NCBI GenBank assembly: GCA_964404815.1
Contig: CAYOLR010000001.1
Location: 1 to 49,359, forward strand
DNA length: 49,359 bases
Origin: an uncultured Halobacteriales archaeon
Lineage (GTDB): Archaea; Halobacteriota; Halobacteria; Halobacteriales; Hikarchaeaceae
Direction of reading: 5' to 3'
Shown here: piece after piece, positions 36,722-46,323 of the stretch
Numbering within the stretch: the first letter of the stretch is position 1
Layout: every line of letters starts with the position of its first letter
Position numbers and translations under genes: made by a program
The notes under the pieces: generated by a model
Told to the model about the DNA's origin: nothing
Seen by the model: only the letters and a program-made list of their open reading frames with translations
Databases searched by the model: none

Positions 36722-37915
36722 TTAGTCGCCGGTGAGGGCTTCCTGGCTCGCCGCGCAGTTGTTGGGACCGAGTTCGAGTCTGAAGGCTTCGTCGTCATCG
36801 GGCGCCGCCTGGCCGAGGTTCGTGGCGATGATCTCCTCGTAGTTCGCTGGTCGGGGTGGCATGTCCGATAGGATGAGGTCGACGAAGTCGTCCTCGTCCA
36901 TCGAGAGGGCATCCATCTCCTCGGTCAGCTCGCCGATCGTGGCCGTGTACGTGCCGTCGTCGGCCGGCTCGGCCGCGTCACTGAAGTGCGCACCCGCGAC
37001 GATCACGTCGTCCTCGAGGGAAAGGATTCGCTGTTGAAGCGACTCGAAGAGCTGTCGGGCCGCGTCCGGTGCGCCCTCGTCGCCTTCCTCGAGGTCGGGC
37101 CTCGCGACACTCTCGGTGAAGAGGCCGTCGCCGGTGAGGAGGACGCTGTCGTCGATGAGGTAAGAGGTCATGCCGGAGGTATGACCGGGGGTGAACACGG
37201 TCTCGACCGTCGCCTCGCCGACCTGATATTCGTCGCCATGTGCGGCCTTGACGAATTGGTCAGCATCGGCCACGCCACGGTCGACGGCGGCGGCCGGGAT
37301 GACTCCGGTAATTCCCGCATCGTCCAAGGACCGGATCCCCGAGATGTGGTCCGCGTGGACGTGGGTGTCGATGGCGTACCTGAGGGCCGCTCCATGATCC
37401 TGGGCGTCCTCGAAGTATCGATCCGTGAAAGCCCGAAGCGGGTCGATCACGGCTGCTTCGTCGTCATCCACCAGCAGATAGCCAAGACAGCCGCTCGACG
37501 GTCGTTGGTACTGATAGATCGTGCCCGCACCCGCGTAATCCTTGATCTCCACGGCCTCGTAGATCGATGCCCAGCCGTTCATCCCTTCGTCCAGGTTGAC
37601 GGCCGTTATGTCGAGTTCCTCCATCAGGAGGTCGGCGATGAATTCGCTAGAGTCACCCTTCGCACAGATTACGACCAGCGGGTCCCCGACGGGAACGACG
37701 TCCAGGACATCGTCGTCGACCCCATCTAGGAACTCGAAATACGGGATGTTGACGATCTCGACGTCGTCGCCGTCGAGGTGCCACTCCTCGAATTCTGATT
37801 GCGCCCTCACGTCGAGGATCGTGACGGACTCGTCGCCGTCGATACGATCCTTCAGAGCCGCTGGGGTTAGCGATTCCACCGGGACCTGCGGCGTTGGAAA
37901 CACAGCTTCACTCAT
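36722..37915 (-). CDS. rhodanese-MBL fusion protein (persulfide dioxygenase-like metallo-beta-lactamase with an N-terminal sulfurtransferase domain)
   Basis: ATG at 37915 (MSEAVFPTPQ...). Rhodanese active-site loop VVICAKGDSS. MBL motif IDTHVHADHISG, and FTPGHTSG. Confidence 0.85.
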   Translation of the reverse strand: MSEAVFPTPQVPVESLTPAALKDRIDGDESVTILDVRAQSEFEEWHLDGDDVEIVNIPYFEFLDGVDDDVLDVVPVGDPLVVICAKGDSSEFIADLLMEELDITAVNLDEGMNGWASIYEAVEIKDYAGAGTIYQYQRPSSGCLGYLLVDDDEAAVIDPLRAFTDRYFEDAQDHGAALRYAIDTHVHADHISGIRSLDDAGITGVIPAAAVDRGVADADQFVKAAHGDEYQVGEATVETVFTPGHTSGMTSYLIDDSVLLTGDGLFTESVARPDLEEGDEGAPDAARQLFESLQQRILSLEDDVIVAGAHFSDAAEPADDGTYTATIGELTEEMDALSMDEDDFVDLILSDMPPRPANYEEIIATNLGQAAPDDDEAFRLELGPNNCAASQEALTGD

Positions 37916-37959
37916 GCGCTGTAGCACCCCGTATCGGACATGCCAGTAAAAAGGTTTTG

Positions 37960-37983
37960 ATAGTAATACACTAATCACACAAT
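37960..37983 (+). promoter_or_regulatory. candidate operator, ATAGTAAT-N10-CACAAT (site B), in the divergent rhodanese-MBL / tusA promoter region
   Basis: The plus strand reads ATAGTAATacactaatcaCACAATactat. The outer arms ATAGTA (37960-65) and TACTAT (37983-88) are perfect inverted repeats. It lies 45-68 nt from the ATG at 37915. Confidence 0.5.
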
Positions 37984-38145
37984 ACTATATCTCGGGATTG
38001 GCCGTCTGGATGATTACTAGAACGGCGGTTGATAACCCTAATTTTTGGGATTTTGGGGCGATCGGTCGATGGAATCTGAGAACCGATATTCTTTTCAATG
38101 GATGTTCTATATTGTGCGATACACCCAACCGCGGGTGACTGGCCA

Positions 38146-38391
38146 ATGAGCACGGAATTCGAAATCACTGAAACGTTAGACGTCACAGGATTGAACTGCC
38201 CGATGCCGGTCGTCAAGACCAAACAGTCGGTCGACGAGCTCTCCTCGGACGCCGTCCTCGAAGTCCTTGCCTCCGACCCCGGGAGCATCCCGGACATCGA
38301 GGGATGGGCCGATACCACGGCGGGAGTGGAACTCCTCGACCAGATCGAGGACGGGGATGTCTACAAACACTACGTCCGGAAAGCCGAATAA
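38146..38391 (+). CDS. tusA: TusA/SirA-family sulfur carrier protein
   Basis: 81 aa from the ATG at 38146. LDVTGLNCPMPVVK contains the conserved CPxP cysteine. A TATA-like CTATATTG at 38107-38114 fits a leaderless transcript. Confidence 0.88.
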   Translation: MSTEFEITETLDVTGLNCPMPVVKTKQSVDELSSDAVLEVLASDPGSIPDIEGWADTTAGVELLDQIEDGDVYKHYVRKAE

Positions 38392-38958
38392 ATGAGCACG
38401 GATACCCCGGCCCAGGCCCAGAACGTCGACCTCGCCGACCTCCAGCAGCAGGTCGAATCCCTTCGGGCGGAACTCGCCGACGTCAAGGAGGACGACGGCA
38501 GTCGACAGATGACCATTATCGCGACGAAAGGCTCCTACGACATGGCCTATCCGCCCCTCATCCTCGCGAGTACGGCGGCCGCCTTCGATTGGGACGTGAC
38601 CGTGTTCCACACCTTCTGGGGCCTCGATATTCTCCATAAGCAGAAGTCGAACCAGCTCAAACTCAGTGCGGTCGGCAACCCCAGCATGCCGATGCCGAAC
38701 GCGCTCGCGGCGATCCCGGGCATGGACGCCCTCGCCACGCGGATGATGTCCAAGAAGATCGACGAGAACGGGACCGCCTCGATCCAGGAGCTGATCGACC
38801 TCTCGCTCGAGAGCGGCGTCGAACTCCAAGCCTGTGGGATGACGATGGACCTGATGGACTACGAGGCCGACGACCTCTACGACGGCGTCACCACCTATGT
38901 TGGCGCGGCGACCGCGCTCCAACACATGGCCGACGCCGATATCCAGCTTCTCGTCTGA
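38392..38958 (+). CDS. DsrE/DsrF-like family protein (DsrE3-type sulfur relay candidate)
   Basis: 188 aa. It starts directly after the tusA stop. MTIIATKGSYDMAYPPLILASTAAAFDWDVTVFHTFWGL...ELQACGMTMDLM. Confidence 0.8.
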   Translation: MSTDTPAQAQNVDLADLQQQVESLRAELADVKEDDGSRQMTIIATKGSYDMAYPPLILASTAAAFDWDVTVFHTFWGLDILHKQKSNQLKLSAVGNPSMPMPNALAAIPGMDALATRMMSKKIDENGTASIQELIDLSLESGVELQACGMTMDLMDYEADDLYDGVTTYVGAATALQHMADADIQLLV

Positions 38959-38976
38959 ATCCGCCTGGTTTTCGCG

Positions 38977-40146
38977 TTAAACGACGAGTTCCTTCGGATA
39001 ATCGGTGTAGTTGTCGTACCCGTTTTCGGTGACGACGACCAAGTCCTCGAGGCGGAGCCCGCCGATGTCCGGATCGTAGAGGCCCGGTTCGATCGTGATG
39101 ACGTGACCAGCCTCGAGAACCTCACCATCGGGAGCGATACGCGGAAGCTCGTGAACGTCGAGTCCGACCCCGTGACCCGTGTTATGGATGAATCCCGTTT
39201 CCGTTTGCGGGTCGGACCGGAGGGTGGGATACCCGGCGTCCTCGTAGACCGAACAGGCCGCCGCGTGGACCTCGGCGCCCGTCACCCCGGCTTCCACCGT
39301 CTCGAGGGCGGCGTCGAAGGCCCGTCGAGTAACCTTGAAGAATTCCTCGACGGCGTCAGCCGGTCTCCCGTTGACGATCGTTCGCGTCAGGTCGCCGTGA
39401 TACTTGGTGACCTTGTCCCGAGGGAAGATGTCGATCACGATCGGCTCGTCGGCGGGCAGTGGGCCGCTCCCGCGGTCGTGGGGGTCGGCCCCCTGGCTAC
39501 CCCCGGCGACGATCGTCTCGTCTAACCCACAGCCCGCTTCGAGGAGGTCTGACTCGATCGCCGCCTTGACCCGTTCGGCGGTGAGCGGTTCGCCGTCGAG
39601 TATCAGGGTTCCGTCCTCCGTGGTGGCGGTGGCGATCATCTGCTCTGCGGTGGCCATGGCCGACTCGTTGGCGGCTTGCACCGAGCGGATCGCTTCGATC
39701 TCCTCGTCGGTTTTCACCGCTCGGATCGTCGTGACGATGTCCTCCTGGTCAGGTTCGACGGCGATTCCTCGCTCGCGGAGCCCGTCGGCCGAATCAACCG
39801 GAAATCGGCGCGGCACGGCAACGGCCCCGACGTCGACCTCCTCGACGAAGGCCGAGAGCATCCGCCGCCGGGCCTCGTTCGGCCCGTGCTCCTCCCGCAT
39901 CGACGCGAAGTCGAAATCGGAGAACCGCCACACGGTGTCGGCATGGCTCTCAGAGCGGGCACGCCCGAACTCGAGTTCGGAGACGAGTAGGAACAGCGCA
40001 TCGGGGGTATAGAGCGTGAAGAAGGGGTCGGGGGCATCGAATCCAGAGAGGTACCGCTGGTCCGAGTCGTCGCCCGCGGCATCGATCAAATACCCACCAG
40101 CGCCGACCTCCGATAGGGCATCGTCGAGACGTTCGTGACGTGACAT
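38977..40146 (-). CDS. M24-family Xaa-Pro aminopeptidase/dipeptidase
   Basis: 389 aa. DIFPR...YHGDLTRT...HNTGHGVGLDVHE...ITIEPGLY. Confidence 0.88.
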   Translation of the reverse strand: MSRHERLDDALSEVGAGGYLIDAAGDDSDQRYLSGFDAPDPFFTLYTPDALFLLVSELEFGRARSESHADTVWRFSDFDFASMREEHGPNEARRRMLSAFVEEVDVGAVAVPRRFPVDSADGLRERGIAVEPDQEDIVTTIRAVKTDEEIEAIRSVQAANESAMATAEQMIATATTEDGTLILDGEPLTAERVKAAIESDLLEAGCGLDETIVAGGSQGADPHDRGSGPLPADEPIVIDIFPRDKVTKYHGDLTRTIVNGRPADAVEEFFKVTRRAFDAALETVEAGVTGAEVHAAACSVYEDAGYPTLRSDPQTETGFIHNTGHGVGLDVHELPRIAPDGEVLEAGHVITIEPGLYDPDIGGLRLEDLVVVTENGYDNYTDYPKELVV

Positions 40147-40234
40147 GGGGACGAATAGGAGGCCGATGCTTTAACCCACCACCGGTCCCGGATGATTGAA
40201 ATCCTGCCCACCCATATCGCCGCCTAGCTGGTTG

Positions 40235-42913
40235 ATGGATTGGCATAGTCTTCCCGAGGAACGCGTTCTCCAGGAGCTAAATACGGATGTCGAGGGTCTC
40301 TCCAAAGCTGAGGCCGCCAACCGGCTCGAGGAACACGGCCCCAACGAGCTTCGGCGGGAGGACGGTGTCTCCCCGCTTCGAATCCTGGTGTCGCAGTTCC
40401 GGGACATCCTCATCTATCTACTCTTCATCGCGGCGGTGCTCTCGATCGCCGTCGGCTTCCTCCCCGGCCAGGATCCGGAATACATCGAAGCGATCCTCAT
40501 CATGGGGATCCTGATCGCGAACGGGATCTTCGGGTTTATCCAGGACTACCGCGCCGAACGCGCCATCGAGGCCCTCCGTGACCTGTCGACGCCGGACGCG
40601 ACCGTCCGGCGCGATGGCAAACGGGAGGACATCGATTCGACCGCCGTGGTTCCCGGGGACGTTATCCTGATTGAGCAGGGCGACGCGATCCCGGCTGACG
40701 CACGCCTCCTCGAGTCGACGGCCATGGAGACTAACGAGTCGGCCCTGACGGGTGAGAGCACGACCGTTCCGAAGGCGGTGGAGACGGTCGACCCGGACAC
40801 GTCGATCGCCGACCGGTCGAACATGGTCTACATGAACACCACTGCGGTGTCCGGGCGGGGAAAGGCCGTGGTCGTCGGTACGGGCATGGATACCCAGGTG
40901 GGATCGATCGCCACCCAACTCGCCGAAACCGAGGACCGGGAGACGCCGTTCCAACGCGAAGTGGACCGGCTGGGTCGCCGTATCGGAGCCGGCGTCGTCG
41001 GCCTGATCGTCCTGGTAGCGCTGGTCCAGGTGGCCTTCACTGCAGCCACACCGCTCAACATCGTCCTCGTCGCGATCACCCTCGCCGTCGCCGCCGTCCC
41101 GGAGGGCCTCCCGGCAGTCGTGACGCTGACGCTCGCGATCGGATCACGGAAACTCCTCGACCGAAATGCCCTGATCCGGAACTTGCCCGTGGTGGAGAGT
41201 TTGGGGTCGGTCGACGTGATCGTGACGGACAAGACGGGGACCCTGACGGAGAACACCATGACCGTCCGACGGTGTTTCGTTTCCGATCGCACCTACGAGG
41301 TTTCCGGGACCGGTGTCGACCCGACCGGGGAGTTCACCCGCGACGGCGAAACGGTCGGCCCCGCTGAGCTCGAAGCCCTGTTGCGGGCCGGTCGGGTCTG
41401 CAACAATGCCGAACTCGACCGCGAATCGGAGGAGTTCGCAGGGGATCCGACCGAGGTCGCGCTCCTCGTGTCGGCCGAGAAGGCGGGAGTCCAACCGGAC
41501 GTCGAACGGGTGGCGGAGATCCCCTTTTCGTCCGACCGAAAACGGATGACGGTGGTCGTCGACGGCGAGGCGCCGACGGCGTACATGAAGGGCGCGCCGG
41601 CAATGGTCCTGGAGCGGTGTGATCGGATCCTCGAGGACGGCGACCCGGTTCCGTTGACCGCGGAGCGCCGGGAACGCGTTCTCGAACGCAACAGCGAATT
41701 CGCCTCCGACGCCCTCCGCGTCCTCGGGTTCGCTTACCGCGAAGCCGTGGACCCCGATGGGCCACCGGAGGCCATCGAATCGGAGATGGTCTTCATCGGG
41801 TTGCAGGGGATGATCGATCCACCCCGTTCGGAGGTCCCAGGAGCGGTCGCGGACTGTCGGGCGGCCGGCATCAGGGTCGTCATGGCCACCGGCGACAATA
41901 TCGATACCGCCCGAGCGATCGGCCGCGAGGTCGGTTTCGATGTCGAGGCCGCGATGAACGGCCAGGATTTCGGGTCGGTCGACGATGCCGACTTGGCCGA
42001 GGTGGTCGAGACCACCGACGTGTTCGCCCGGGTTTCCCCGGCACACAAGGTCAGACTCCTGGACGCCCTCCAGGCGAACGGCCACGACGTGGCGATGACC
42101 GGCGATGGCGTCAACGATGCGCCCGCGCTCCGGAGCGCAGACGTCGGCATCTCCATGGGTCTCCGTGGGACGGATGTCGCCAAGCAGGCCGCGGATATGG
42201 TGCTCCTCGATGACAACTTCGTGACGATCCGCGACGCCGTCGCGGAAGGCCGGGGTATCTTCGACAATATCCGGAAGTTCGTCAATTACCTCCTCTCCGC
42301 GAACGCCGGCGAGGTGCTGGTGGTCTTCCTCGGCGTCATCATCGGGAGCGCACTGTTCCCGACGCTGTTCGCTGCCAACGAGGAGGCGCTGATCCTGACG
42401 CCGGTCATGCTGCTCTGGATCAACCTGGTGACGGATGGCCTGCCCGCCCTCGCACTCGGGGCCGACCCCAAGGCCGACGACGTCATGGAGCGGACGCCGC
42501 GCGAAAACGACGAAGGGGTGATCTCGACCCGGATGCTTGCCTCGATCCTGGGAATCGGGGTCCTGATGACGGTGATCGGACTGATCCTGTTCTTTTACGG
42601 CCTCGTCACCGCCGGGGGCCTGATCGCGGCCCAGACGATCCTGTTCACCTTCCTGGTCGTCGTCGAGGTCATCAGAATTCAGGTTATCCGGAGCCGGTAC
42701 GGCCATGGGATCACGTCGAACCGGTGGCTCGTGGGTGCCGTCGTTATCACACTGCTCCTTCAACTTGCGGTCCTCTACTCGCCACTTAACCGCTTCTTCG
42801 GGATTCGACCGCTGGGTCTCTTCGAGTGGGGGTTGATCATGGCCGGCTTCGTCGGGTTCCTCGTGTTGAACGTCCTGTACGAGCGGGGGCTTGAGACGCA
42901 CATCGCCGATTGA
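40235..42913 (+). CDS. P-type cation-transporting ATPase (P2/Ca2+-ATPase-like)
   Basis: ATG at 40235 (MDWHSLPEERVLQELN...). Motifs TGES, DKTGTLT, MATGDN and TGDGVNDAPAL, with 10 TM predicted by eye. Confidence 0.92.
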   Translation: MDWHSLPEERVLQELNTDVEGLSKAEAANRLEEHGPNELRREDGVSPLRILVSQFRDILIYLLFIAAVLSIAVGFLPGQDPEYIEAILIMGILIANGIFGFIQDYRAERAIEALRDLSTPDATVRRDGKREDIDSTAVVPGDVILIEQGDAIPADARLLESTAMETNESALTGESTTVPKAVETVDPDTSIADRSNMVYMNTTAVSGRGKAVVVGTGMDTQVGSIATQLAETEDRETPFQREVDRLGRRIGAGVVGLIVLVALVQVAFTAATPLNIVLVAITLAVAAVPEGLPAVVTLTLAIGSRKLLDRNALIRNLPVVESLGSVDVIVTDKTGTLTENTMTVRRCFVSDRTYEVSGTGVDPTGEFTRDGETVGPAELEALLRAGRVCNNAELDRESEEFAGDPTEVALLVSAEKAGVQPDVERVAEIPFSSDRKRMTVVVDGEAPTAYMKGAPAMVLERCDRILEDGDPVPLTAERRERVLERNSEFASDALRVLGFAYREAVDPDGPPEAIESEMVFIGLQGMIDPPRSEVPGAVADCRAAGIRVVMATGDNIDTARAIGREVGFDVEAAMNGQDFGSVDDADLAEVVETTDVFARVSPAHKVRLLDALQANGHDVAMTGDGVNDAPALRSADVGISMGLRGTDVAKQAADMVLLDDNFVTIRDAVAEGRGIFDNIRKFVNYLLSANAGEVLVVFLGVIIGSALFPTLFAANEEALILTPVMLLWINLVTDGLPALALGADPKADDVMERTPRENDEGVISTRMLASILGIGVLMTVIGLILFFYGLVTAGGLIAAQTILFTFLVVVEVIRIQVIRSRYGHGITSNRWLVGAVVITLLLQLAVLYSPLNRFFGIRPLGLFEWGLIMAGFVGFLVLNVLYERGLETHIAD

Positions 42914-42953
42914 CACGAAACCGTTTACCGGCAGGCAACGGACCCTCCCGGTG

Positions 42954-43871
42954 ATGCTCGTCGAGATCGGCCTCTTCCTGCTCGGGTTGATCCTCCTGGT
43001 CGTGGGGGCGGATCGTGCCGTGAGGGCGGCCGGTGAACTCGCGCTCTATTACGGCATCTCCCCGTTTTTCATCGGCGTGAGCGTGATCTCGATCGGGACG
43101 TCCGTCCCCGAGATGACGACATCGATCTACGCCACGTATTACGATGCAGGCGACCTCGTGGTCGGCAACATCGTCGGATCCGAGACCGCCCAGATCACGC
43201 TCGCCATCGCGGTGGTGGCGTTCATCACACCGATCGTCACCGAACGACGGAACATCATGGTGTACGGGACGGCCATGATTCTCGCGATGATCATCATGTT
43301 CCTCACACTCGACGACAACGTCATCGGGCGGTCCGAGGGACTCCTCATGATGCTTGCGTATGCCCAGTTCCTCTACATCCTCTATACTACCGAGGGCGGC
43401 GAGGAGATTACCGAGGAGGTCGTCGACGAACGCGTCCCGCCGCAGCGGGCGGTTCCGTTGATCATGATCGGGCTCATCTTCGTCGTCGGTGGGGGCCATT
43501 TGCTCGTCACCAACGGCGTCACTATCGCGCGGTTGATCGGCATCCCAGAATACCTCGTCGGGCTCATGACCGGGCTAGGCACTACGGCCCCGGAAATCGT
43601 CGTCGCCGGGATCGCCGCCAAGGAGGGAAGCGACATCTCCGTGGGAGCCCTGCTCGGATCAAATATTACTGACCCGGTCTTCTCCCTCGGGGTAGGAGCC
43701 CTCGTGGCCGACATCACGATCCAGGATCCCGTTTCCGTCCGGATGTCGCTGACCTATATGGTGGTGGTCTCGCTGTTCGTCCTCGGCTTGATGTACTGGC
43801 GGAACGGCATCGATCGACGGGCGGGCCTCCTCTGCCTCGGTCTGTATCTGCCGACCTTCATCCTGTTTTGA
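42954..43871 (+). CDS. CaCA-family cation/Ca2+ antiporter (YrbG-like)
   Basis: 305 aa. Alpha-repeat motifs GTSVPE...GNIVGS and GTTAPE...GSNITD. Confidence 0.85.
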   Translation: MLVEIGLFLLGLILLVVGADRAVRAAGELALYYGISPFFIGVSVISIGTSVPEMTTSIYATYYDAGDLVVGNIVGSETAQITLAIAVVAFITPIVTERRNIMVYGTAMILAMIIMFLTLDDNVIGRSEGLLMMLAYAQFLYILYTTEGGEEITEEVVDERVPPQRAVPLIMIGLIFVVGGGHLLVTNGVTIARLIGIPEYLVGLMTGLGTTAPEIVVAGIAAKEGSDISVGALLGSNITDPVFSLGVGALVADITIQDPVSVRMSLTYMVVVSLFVLGLMYWRNGIDRRAGLLCLGLYLPTFILF

Positions 43872-43911
43872 GCGATAAAACCCTTTGTATCGGCCGGTCA
43901 GAGAAGTCAGC

Positions 43912-44199
43912 ATGGCCCCGGTGAGACGGTTAGTTCTCGACCTGATGAAGCCGTACGACCCGCCGACAGTCGATTTCGCTCAGGCAGTTGCCGACATCGA
44001 GGGCATCCACGGCGTCAATGCGATGCTGATCGAGGTCGACGAGAAGGTCGAAAACCTCAAGATGACCATCGAGGGGGACGATATCGACATCGATGAGGTC
44101 ACAAACGCTATCGAGCGACTCGGTGGGAGCGTGCACTCCGTCGATGAGGTCGTCTGTGGCGAACTCCTGATTGAGGAGAGTCGGACCCCCCAGGACTAG
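43912..44199 (+). CDS. DUF211-family protein
   Basis: 95 aa from the ATG at 43912. RRLVLDLMKPYDPP...GVNAMLIEVDEKVENLKMTIEG. Confidence 0.75.
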   Translation: MAPVRRLVLDLMKPYDPPTVDFAQAVADIEGIHGVNAMLIEVDEKVENLKMTIEGDDIDIDEVTNAIERLGGSVHSVDEVVCGELLIEESRTPQD

Positions 44200-44781
44200 A
44201 TGACACCAGATCTCGACGAGCTGCGTGACCTCGTCGGCGAGAAGGAGGTCCGGTCGATATCGCGACGGTACTTCATCTCCAACGGCTTCGACGGCACCTT
44301 GACGGCCATCGGCGTCGCCATGGGGTCATACCTCTCCGGCATCCCCGACGGTGTTACCGTCTTCGCCATCGGCGTTGGCGCGGCGGTCGGTCTCGGCACG
44401 TCCGGCGTCTGGAGCGTCTGGGAGATCGAACGCGCCGAGAAACTCGCCGAGATCAAGGACCTCGAGACCGCTCTGTTGACCGACCTCGACGACACGCAGC
44501 TGATGCGCCAGAAGGAGGGCGCGAGGATCATCAACGCCGTCAGCAGCGGGATCGGCCCGCTCATCGGCATCCTCCTGCCCATGAGCGTCTACCTGTTTGA
44601 GGGGGTCATCCTGACGATGTTCGAGGCGACCGCCATCGCTGTATTCCTCGGGACCGGCGTCCTGTTCGTTTTCGGGGCGTACATGGGCTCGATCGGCTCG
44701 CTGAACCCGATCATCGCGGGCATCAGGATGGGCCTGGCAGGCATCGTGGTCGCGCTCATCAACCTCGTCCTCCCTGGGTAA
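44200..44781 (+). CDS. VIT1/CCC1-like (TIGR00267-type) membrane protein
   Basis: 193 aa. It starts directly after the DUF211 stop. RRYFISNGFDGTLTAIGV, with C-terminal TM helices. Confidence 0.75.
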   Translation: MTPDLDELRDLVGEKEVRSISRRYFISNGFDGTLTAIGVAMGSYLSGIPDGVTVFAIGVGAAVGLGTSGVWSVWEIERAEKLAEIKDLETALLTDLDDTQLMRQKEGARIINAVSSGIGPLIGILLPMSVYLFEGVILTMFEATAIAVFLGTGVLFVFGAYMGSIGSLNPIIAGIRMGLAGIVVALINLVLPG

Positions 44782-44802
44782 GTGTCGGAAACGTGTGAGA
44801 AA

Positions 44803-46323
44803 ATGAATCGACGCGATACGCTTGGGGTCTTGGGAGCGATCCTCGCGACGATAATCGTCGCGAGCGTTCACATACGGGCCCTCGAGCCCGCTGCTCAGTA
44901 CGCCATTGCGACGATGGTGTTCGCCGCCGTCCTGTGGGTTACCGGGGCGGTTCCACTTCCCGTGACGGCACTTATGATCCCCGTCGTGCTGACCGTTTTC
45001 GGCGTCTATCCGGACCTGACCCCGGCGGTTGCCGGGTTTGCCGACCCGGTCGTTTTCCTCCTGCTGGCGGGGTTTGTCTTAGCCGAAGCGCTACAGGCCC
45101 ACGACATCGACCAGCGGGTCGCCTATATCGTCCTCGGACGGCTCGGGAGCTCACCCGCCCGGTTGGTCCTGGCGATCATGCTCACCACGGCGGTCTTGTC
45201 GATGGTCATCTCCAACACGGCCACGACGGCCATGATGGTTCCTATCGCCGTCGGCCTCGTCGCCCAGGTAACCGAGGTCAAACCTGCCCGCGAGGGTCCG
45301 ACATCGAACCTTCAAATCGCGACCCTGCTCGGGACCGCCTACGCCGCTTCGCTCGGTGGGGTCGGGACCCTGATCGGGACGCCGCCGAACGCCATCGTGA
45401 CCGGCCAACTCAGGGAACTCCTGGGAGTCAGGATCACCTTCGTGGACTGGCTCTTGGTGGGGCTCCCGATGGTCGTCGTGACGCTTCCCGTCGCCTGGAT
45501 GTTGCTCCTCAGGGTCTATCCGCCGGAGATCGATGATGTCAGCGCGGCTCGAGCACGGGCGCGGGAACACCTCGCAGAAACCGGGCGGCTCGACCCCGAT
45601 GGCCGTCGCGTCGTTTACGTCTTCGTCGCCACGGCACTCCTCTGGGTGCTCGGCGGCCTGGGATTTCTCTTCCGCTGGCTACCAGATCCCTGGTACGTCA
45701 CCCTCTTCGGCGGTCCCGGGCAGTCGATGGTTGGGACCGGGGGTCATCAGGGGATCCTCTATTTCGTTATCGTCGGCCTGCTGGCGGTGGCCGCGCTCTT
45801 CCTCACGGACACACTGTCTTGGGAGCAAGCGGCCGACATCGACTGGGGAACGCTAATACTGCTCGGTGGGGGAATCTCGTTGGCGAACGCCCTGGCCAAG
45901 ACGGGCGCGACCGTTTGGCTCGCCGAGGTCACGTTCGGTGCCATCGTCGGCGCCCCGCTGGTAGTGGTCCTGGGCGTCGTCATCACCGTCGTGGTGGTGG
46001 TCGGTGAACTGGCCTCGAACACCGCCATGGCCGCGATTATCGCCCCCTTGTTGATCAATATCGGGCCGCAATATGCCACTTCGCTCGGTGTCACGGACAC
46101 TACGGCCGCCGTGTTCCTCGCCGTGGCCGGGGCGATAGCGGCGAGCTATGGGTTCGCGTTACCGGTCGCCACGCCCCCGAATGCCATTGCCTTCGGGGCC
46201 GGATACATGAAACGGGAACACATGTTGCGGGCGGGCGTCGTCCTCGACGTCATCGTCATCCTCCTCGCGACGATCGTCGTTTCCGTGTTGATACGGACGA
46301 TTTGGCCGATGGTCCTGGGGTGA
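44803..46323 (+). CDS. SLC13/DASS-family anion (sulfate/di-tricarboxylate):cation symporter
   Basis: About 506 aa from the ATG at 44803 (a GTG at 44782 is also possible). Polytopic membrane protein with SNTATTAMM and SNTAMAAI hairpin motifs, plus GTPPNAI / ATPPNAIAF. Confidence 0.85.
   Translation: MNRRDTLGVLGAILATIIVASVHIRALEPAAQYAIATMVFAAVLWVTGAVPLPVTALMIPVVLTVFGVYPDLTPAVAGFADPVVFLLLAGFVLAEALQAHDIDQRVAYIVLGRLGSSPARLVLAIMLTTAVLSMVISNTATTAMMVPIAVGLVAQVTEVKPAREGPTSNLQIATLLGTAYAASLGGVGTLIGTPPNAIVTGQLRELLGVRITFVDWLLVGLPMVVVTLPVAWMLLLRVYPPEIDDVSAARARAREHLAETGRLDPDGRRVVYVFVATALLWVLGGLGFLFRWLPDPWYVTLFGGPGQSMVGTGGHQGILYFVIVGLLAVAALFLTDTLSWEQAADIDWGTLILLGGGISLANALAKTGATVWLAEVTFGAIVGAPLVVVLGVVITVVVVVGELASNTAMAAIIAPLLINIGPQYATSLGVTDTTAAVFLAVAGAIAASYGFALPVATPPNAIAFGAGYMKREHMLRAGVVLDVIVILLATIVVSVLIRTIWPMVLG

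Noticed and set aside
41144-42916. 590-aa ORF antisense to the P-type ATPase
   Set aside because: No motifs, and Arg/Asp/Pro/Gly-rich. The sense frame has DKTGTLT and TGDGVNDAPAL.
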